From NCBI GenBank assembly GCA_018365455.1, contig JAGZJZ010000008.1, forward strand, positions 21,366-85,365: 64,000 nt of DNA, given 5' to 3'. Made by a program: the position numbers and the translations under genes. The stretch comes from Clostridiales bacterium (lineage in GTDB: Bacteria; Bacillota; Clostridia; Lachnospirales; Lachnospiraceae). Positions 59,293 to 64,000 of the stretch are shown here, piece after piece. Position 1 is the first letter of the stretch, and the number at the start of each line of letters is the position of its first letter. The notes under the pieces are model-generated. The model made no database searches. It was not told where the DNA came from and was given only the letters and a program-made list of their open reading frames with translations.

Positions 59293-59852
59293 TGGAGATG
59301 AGAACGATGAGAGCAATTGGAATGGTGGAATATAGAACTGTTTCCACAGGTATTAAGGCGGCAGACCTTATTGTGAAAACAGCTGATGTTGAGCTGATTC
59401 AGGCTCAAACAGTTTGCCCGGGTAAATTCATTATCCTATTTACCGGCGATCTAAGTGCAATCAAAGTTTCCGCAGATGCTGCTAAAAAAGAGTATCCGGA
59501 AAGCATGATTGACAGCTTCGTGCTGGGTAACCCGCACGAATCCGTATTTAAAGCACTTAACTGCACAGCAGATATTCAGGATGTTCAGGCTTTAGGGGTA
59601 ATTGAAACCTTTACCGGAGCATCGGCTATTGTAGCTGCGGATCACGCAGCAAAAACCGCAGAAGTAGACCTCTTTGAAATCAGAATTGCAAGAGGTATGT
59701 GCGGTAAATCATATGTGTTATTAACAGGAACAGTATCTGCAGTTACAGAATCTGTAAGCTCTGCTGTTGCTTTAATAAAAGAAGAGGGTCTTGTACTGGA
59801 TTATGCAGTCATTCCTAGTCCTTCTAAAGAGTTTGTAAAAACCTTAATTTAA
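59292..59852 (+). CDS. pduT: BMC shell protein, tandem-domain trimer type (BMC-T, PduT-like)
   Basis: 186 aa with two BMC domains ('AIGMVEYRTVSTGIKAADLIVKTADV...', 'ALGVIETFTGASAIVAADHAAKTAEV...'). Cys 'VCPGKF' lies in domain 1, as in the PduT 4Fe-4S site. Confidence 0.8.
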   Translation: MEMRTMRAIGMVEYRTVSTGIKAADLIVKTADVELIQAQTVCPGKFIILFTGDLSAIKVSADAAKKEYPESMIDSFVLGNPHESVFKALNCTADIQDVQALGVIETFTGASAIVAADHAAKTAEVDLFEIRIARGMCGKSYVLLTGTVSAVTESVSSAVALIKEEGLVLDYAVIPSPSKEFVKTLI

Positions 59853-59865
59853 ACCTTGTCGGAAA

Positions 59866-59898
59866 AAAGCCTGGTATTGATTACCGGGCTTTTTTTCG
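59866..59898 (+). terminator. rho-independent terminator ending the BMC operon
   Basis: Stem gcctggta/taccgggc (one G·U pair) followed by TTTTTTT. Confidence 0.55.
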
Positions 59899-60032
59899 TT
59901 GCTGCAAATCCCAGTATATCTTCTTATAAACATAGGATTGAATATTTACTACAATCTGATTATAATTAGAGGTAGTTTTAATATGAAATACATGCAGGTA
60001 AAGTAAAATCACAATCAGAAAAGGAGCATATC

Positions 60033-60509
60033 ATGGCAATTGATAAAGTGAAGGCATATCTGAAAGAATTTGATATGGAAGATAAAGTAATGGAGTTTGA
60101 GACGTCCAGTGCGACCGTGGAGCTGGCGGCACAGGCAGTGGGGGTAGAACCTGCGCGGATTGCAAAAACACTTTCGTTCAAAAGCAAATCCGGTGATCAC
60201 GCTGTATTAATTGTGACGGCGGGAGATACGAAGATTGACAACAGTAAGTTTAAGGGCTTTTTTGGTATGAAGGCTAAGATGCTGGCACCGGAAGAGGTGG
60301 AAGATCTGGTAGGTCATGCCATAGGGGGTGTCTGTCCTTTTGCAGTGCCCCAGTCCGCTCAGATCTATCTGGATGAATCCTTAAAAAGGTTTGATACCGT
60401 CTTCCCGGCGTGTGGCAGCAGCAACAGTGCCATTGAGCTTACCTGCTCCCAGCTGGAGGAATATGCAAAGGCAAAAGAATGGGTTGACGTATGTAAGGGA
60501 TGGGAATAA
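60033..60509 (+). CDS. YbaK/EbsC-family aminoacyl-tRNA deacylase-like protein
   Basis: 158 aa. 'KTLSFKSKSGDHAVLIVTAGDTKID' and 'GGVCPF' motifs match the YbaK/ProX fold. Confidence 0.7.
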   Translation: MAIDKVKAYLKEFDMEDKVMEFETSSATVELAAQAVGVEPARIAKTLSFKSKSGDHAVLIVTAGDTKIDNSKFKGFFGMKAKMLAPEEVEDLVGHAIGGVCPFAVPQSAQIYLDESLKRFDTVFPACGSSNSAIELTCSQLEEYAKAKEWVDVCKGWE

Positions 60510-60531
60510 GATTTTGGTGAGGGCACAGCCG

Positions 60532-60584
60532 TTGTTAACTTTGTGTAATGAAAGGTTGACAATGTCTGTGCCTTCGTTTATAAT
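60532..60584 (+). promoter_or_regulatory. consensus sigma-A promoter (TTGACA-17-TATAAT) overlapped by BirA-like operator (TTGTTAAC-N15-GTTGACAA) upstream of bioY
   Basis: -35 at 60556-60561 and -10 at 60579-60584. The inverted repeat at 60532-60562 overlaps the -35. A further GTCAACAA half-site sits at 60591-60598. Confidence 0.4.
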
Positions 60585-60632
60585 CTTATTGTCAACAAAA
60601 TTTACATATTAGTTTACAATGAAAGGAACCTT

Positions 60633-61187
60633 ATGAACAAGAAAAATAATATAAAAACACAATCAGTCGTTTTCGTGGGCATGTTTGCTGCCATTTTGGC
60701 TGTATTATCCCAGATATCAATCCCCATGCCATCAGGTGTGCCGGTAACAATGCAGACATTTGCAGTGGCTTTGACCGGGTGCGTACTGGGATGGAAAAGA
60801 GGAACCATGGCAACGGTAATCTATATTGTACTTGGAGGCGTAGGTGTCCCTGTATTTTCCGGATTGGCTGGGGGACCTGGGATCCTATTCGGCAAAACCG
60901 GTGGATTTATCTTTGGATTTATTTTCCTGGCACTTTTATGCGGGCTGGCTGCAGGCATAAAAAAGCGTGTACTTGGCGGATTACTTGCCGCTTGTGGATT
61001 GCTGATCTGCCATATCTTGGGCATCCTGCAATTTATGCTGCTGATGAATATGTCATTTTGGTCATCTGCCGTACTGGTTTCCGTTCCGTATCTGATTAAA
61101 GACATAATATCCATAGTGCTTGCCTTTGTTGTGGGGGCAATACTGCAAAAATCCTTAAGTGCGGCTAATATTTTAGCCCGTGTTTAA
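60633..61187 (+). CDS. bioY: biotin transporter BioY (ECF S-component)
   Basis: 184 aa with 5-6 TM segments. 'PVTMQTFAVAL' and 'GVGVPVFSG...GILFGKTGGFIFGF' match the BioY signature. Confidence 0.8.
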   Translation: MNKKNNIKTQSVVFVGMFAAILAVLSQISIPMPSGVPVTMQTFAVALTGCVLGWKRGTMATVIYIVLGGVGVPVFSGLAGGPGILFGKTGGFIFGFIFLALLCGLAAGIKKRVLGGLLAACGLLICHILGILQFMLLMNMSFWSSAVLVSVPYLIKDIISIVLAFVVGAILQKSLSAANILARV

Positions 61188-61219
61188 AATAGCTTTTTAA
61201 CACTCTGTGTTATCCACTG

Positions 61220-62233
61220 CTAAAGCGGATTCATTTCACGTACCGATTTCCGTTCAATAAAGCTTGTGTCGATCATTTTTAATACGGGGAAATTTGTCTC
61301 ACATCCATTGATCCGTTTCAGAAGAAGCTTTGCTGCCTGCTTGCCCATTTCCTGGAGGTTTTGCACAATTGCTGTAATGGGCGGCTCAAAAGCTGAGAAA
61401 ATTTCATCGTCGTCAAAGGTCATGATAGACAGGTCATTGGGAATGGTGATACCAAGAGTATTCAATTCCATAATGACACCCAGTGTGGATATATAGCCCA
61501 GAATCAATATGGCGGTAGGGCGGGGAGACTGCTCCATCATACGGCGAAACTGCACGGCACCGGAATGGGGTGAAAAGTCACCGCCCATAACAATGCGGCA
61601 GGGAAAGGGAATATGGTGTTTGTCACAGGCATCGTAAAAACCCTGTATGCGCTCGCTGATCGTATAACTGTCCATGATTCCTCCAATTACACCCAGGCAG
61701 CAGTGCCCTTTTGCAATAAGGTATTCGGTTGCCTCATAAGCACTTTTGCGGTTGGTAGAAGTGACGGAATCACCAGGTGGATCTGCCACAACCTGGTCCA
61801 GATATACCAGAGGTATGTGGTTTTGGGCGATGGACTGGATCAAATGCAAATGTGCAACATTTTCTGGAATTAAAATGACACCGTCTACTTGATTGCTCAG
61901 TAATAGGCGGATTACGTCAGCATTTTCATCTGCTTTGGGATCGTAAGAGCTGACGATGGTGGAATAGTTGTATTTTTGCACATATTCTTCAATGTAAGAA
62001 CAAAGAGTACCCCAAAAATAATCCCCGATTACGGGAATCAGAATACAGATGGTGTTGGTTTTTCGTGCACGCAGCATTTGTGCAGTTTTATTAGGCGTAT
62101 AGCCTAATTTTTTTATGCTTTTTTCTATTTTTTCCCGGTTCTCGGGTATGATATTTTTCCCATTCAGATATTTTGAAATAGTAGACAGGGATAGGCTGGT
62201 GTCTTTGGCTATATCCTTGATCGTACAACTCAT
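61220..62233 (-). CDS. LacI family transcriptional regulator
   Basis: N-terminal HTH 'CTIKDIAKDTSLSLSTISKYLNG' followed by a periplasmic-binding-protein-like sugar-binding core. The ATG at 62233 (MSCTIK...) is the likely start; the track ORF extends to 62317. Confidence 0.8.
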   Translation of the reverse strand: MSCTIKDIAKDTSLSLSTISKYLNGKNIIPENREKIEKSIKKLGYTPNKTAQMLRARKTNTICILIPVIGDYFWGTLCSYIEEYVQKYNYSTIVSSYDPKADENADVIRLLLSNQVDGVILIPENVAHLHLIQSIAQNHIPLVYLDQVVADPPGDSVTSTNRKSAYEATEYLIAKGHCCLGVIGGIMDSYTISERIQGFYDACDKHHIPFPCRIVMGGDFSPHSGAVQFRRMMEQSPRPTAILILGYISTLGVIMELNTLGITIPNDLSIMTFDDDEIFSAFEPPITAIVQNLQEMGKQAAKLLLKRINGCETNFPVLKMIDTSFIERKSVREMNPL

Positions 62234-62320
62234 TTTACAAACCTCCTTTGTTTTTTGATTCGTGGAATTGAATAATATTATATCATAATTATAAATAAAA
62301 TCAATAATTATAGTCAATTA

Positions 62321-62337
62321 TACGAAACGTTTCGCTA
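62321..62337. promoter_or_regulatory. operator candidate 1: perfect 12-bp palindrome CGAAACGTTTCG
   Basis: Lies in the divergent intergenic region between the LacI-family gene and the SBP gene. An identical 15-mer (aCGAAACGTTTCGct) recurs at 62449-62463. Confidence 0.45.
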
Positions 62338-62448
62338 TAATTAAAATATAAATGTTGGTATAAATACGAATTAAAGAAAAAATTATGTAAAAAATAACCA
62401 AAAATATATTGACATAATGAATAAATAATATTATTATGTAATTACAAA

Positions 62449-62465
62449 AACGAAACGTTTCGCTC
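62449..62465. promoter_or_regulatory. operator candidate 2: second copy of CGAAACGTTTCG palindrome, just downstream of a TTGACA-17-TATTAT promoter for the SBP gene
   Basis: -35 at 62410-62415 and -10 at 62433-62438. The palindrome at 62451-62462 is positioned like a roadblock operator. Confidence 0.45.
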
Positions 62466-62509
62466 AAGAACATATTAACCTGGTTTTAAAAAGTGAGAGG
62501 AGAAACAAA

Positions 62510-63928
62510 ATGAAAAGAAGATTATTAGCATGTTTGTTAACAGGAACGATGGTTTTATCACTTGCCGCTTGTGGGAACAGTCAGGGTTCGGGAACCACAG
62601 AAAACAAAGAAACATCTACTCAGGCTGCTGCCAAGGATACGGCAGCATCCAATGATACGGAATCGAAAGACACGGAGATGAAAGATACCGCAGCAAAAGA
62701 AGATGCTAAGAGTGGTGATGAAATTACTTTAACAGTTGCTACGCGCTATGGAGCGGATGTACCGGATGAGGAATTTTACCGTCAAAAAGTCCAGGAATTC
62801 AGTGACATGAATAATGGGATCAAGGTAGTTATGGATAATATCCCTACCGAATCAGATTATCTGGATAAGCTTAGAACTTCTTTTGCAAATGGAGATACAC
62901 CCAATGTATTTATTGAATACGGAGGATCCAGAACCTTAGATTATCTGGAATCTGACGCACTGGTTAATATGCAGCCATACTTTGACGAGGACAAAGAGTG
63001 GTATGACAGTTTCTATCCTACCATGTTTAAAGATCTGGATTATACGGATAAGGGATACGAAGGCATCTGGGGTGTTCCTTTTAAATCTTATGTAGTGTCC
63101 TTGTATTATAATAAAGAAATTTTTGAAGCACAGGGATTAACGCCTCCACAGAGCTGGGATGATTTGATGAGTGTGTGTGAAAAACTGAAAACAGCAGGCA
63201 TCCGGCCATTCCAGGCAGGTGAAAAGGATGTCTTCCGCCTGGGACATTTCCACAATAATATCGTAATCAAATCCCTGGGAGCAGATGCTGCTAAAAAGCT
63301 GGCAGACAGATCATTGGCATACGACAGTCCCGAAATGTTAAAAACCTATCAACTGATTTCTGACATGGTAGAAAAGGGATATTTTGGAGATGATATTTTA
63401 AATACAGATTACAATACGGAAAAATCCACCTTTGCTGCTGGAGAATGTGCAATGAGATGGGACGGTTCCTGGTATGGTTCCGAAATCTTTGGTACAGATA
63501 TCTATGATAAGACTGGCGTGGTACCATTCCCGTACATAGATGAAAAATACAAAGACGATGCCCAGGGCGGCGCTTCTGATATGTGGTTTGTGTCTAAACT
63601 GAATAAATCGGAGGAAGAGATTCAGGCATCCGTAGAATTTGTGAAATTTATGACATCCCAGGATTACTTTGCAGGTAATAATGAAGCAGCGGCAGTTCTG
63701 TATCCTGCAAAATTTACTGCTACGGCAAATACGCCTGCAAATCCGCTACTGGATGAGGTACAGAAAATTGTAGGTAATTATAAAAATATGTGTACGGATA
63801 TTCAAAATTCTGACCCGGAATCCCATATGCTGGATACCGTTCGTAACGCACTTCAGGGACTGGCAATGGGTAATACCCCGGAACAATGCGGAAAAGAAAT
63901 TGTAGACAATATAGAAAATTATCAGTAA
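62510..63928 (+). CDS. ABC transporter extracellular solute-binding lipoprotein (carbohydrate family 1)
   Basis: Lipobox 'LSLAACGNS'. An S/T/D/K-rich linker precedes the SBP_bac_1-like fold. Permease genes would lie beyond the window end. Confidence 0.8.
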   Translation: MKRRLLACLLTGTMVLSLAACGNSQGSGTTENKETSTQAAAKDTAASNDTESKDTEMKDTAAKEDAKSGDEITLTVATRYGADVPDEEFYRQKVQEFSDMNNGIKVVMDNIPTESDYLDKLRTSFANGDTPNVFIEYGGSRTLDYLESDALVNMQPYFDEDKEWYDSFYPTMFKDLDYTDKGYEGIWGVPFKSYVVSLYYNKEIFEAQGLTPPQSWDDLMSVCEKLKTAGIRPFQAGEKDVFRLGHFHNNIVIKSLGADAAKKLADRSLAYDSPEMLKTYQLISDMVEKGYFGDDILNTDYNTEKSTFAAGECAMRWDGSWYGSEIFGTDIYDKTGVVPFPYIDEKYKDDAQGGASDMWFVSKLNKSEEEIQASVEFVKFMTSQDYFAGNNEAAAVLYPAKFTATANTPANPLLDEVQKIVGNYKNMCTDIQNSDPESHMLDTVRNALQGLAMGNTPEQCGKEIVDNIENYQ

Positions 63929-64000
63929 ACAGGTAAATAGATAGCTGCCCGTAAGCAAAGAGGTATATGATTCAAATGTTTGCGGGCGGCTTGATTTTAA

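Noticed and set aside
1-64000. CRISPR arrays, rRNA genes, IS elements or integrase genes
   Set aside because: No regularly spaced repeats of 24-40 bp, no rRNA-like sequence, and no transposase, integrase or recombinase ORFs were recognized in any frame.

Overview
This 64-kb window looks like chromosomal DNA from a spore-forming Firmicute (Clostridia, likely Lachnospiraceae; cotJABC is present, and coding GC appears to be in the mid-40s % by eye, not computed). Most genes are on the + strand with Shine-Dalgarno-type RBSs. Housekeeping content includes phnW-phnX (phosphonatase pathway), a PurH-like AICAR formyltransferase, the conserved pyrH-frr-uppS-cdsA-dxr-rseP block and carA-carB. Accessory content includes several transporters, a YesN/SBP/YesM-type sensing module, an ANT(6) aminoglycoside nucleotidyltransferase, and a TetR, a LysR, an AraC, a MerR and a LacI regulator, plus a PAS-GGDEF protein. 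The most notable system is a complete 11-gene bacterial microcompartment (BMC) operon at 51.7-59.9 kb. It has a class II aldolase signature enzyme with a C-terminal encapsulation peptide, a CoA-acylating aldehyde dehydrogenase, a zinc-type MDR alcohol dehydrogenase, PduL, a PduS-like Fe-S flavoprotein, four BMC-H, one BMC-P and one BMC-T; there is no glycyl-radical or B12 dehydratase. It resembles a PVM-like (fuculose/rhamnulose-phosphate aldolase) BMC, and an array of 20-bp imperfect palindromic repeats sits between pduL and pduN. Other items worth follow-up are an HTH-DUF3990/DUF3791 gene pair, an SPFH-RtcB operon beside a tRNA 3'-end-like fragment and a disrupted WYL-type regulator gene, a trio of secreted proteins sharing a C-terminal motif (one Cys-rich, one AT-rich), and a BirA-like operator at bioY and twin palindromic operators at a LacI-family regulator. 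No CRISPR array, rRNA or intact tRNA gene was found.
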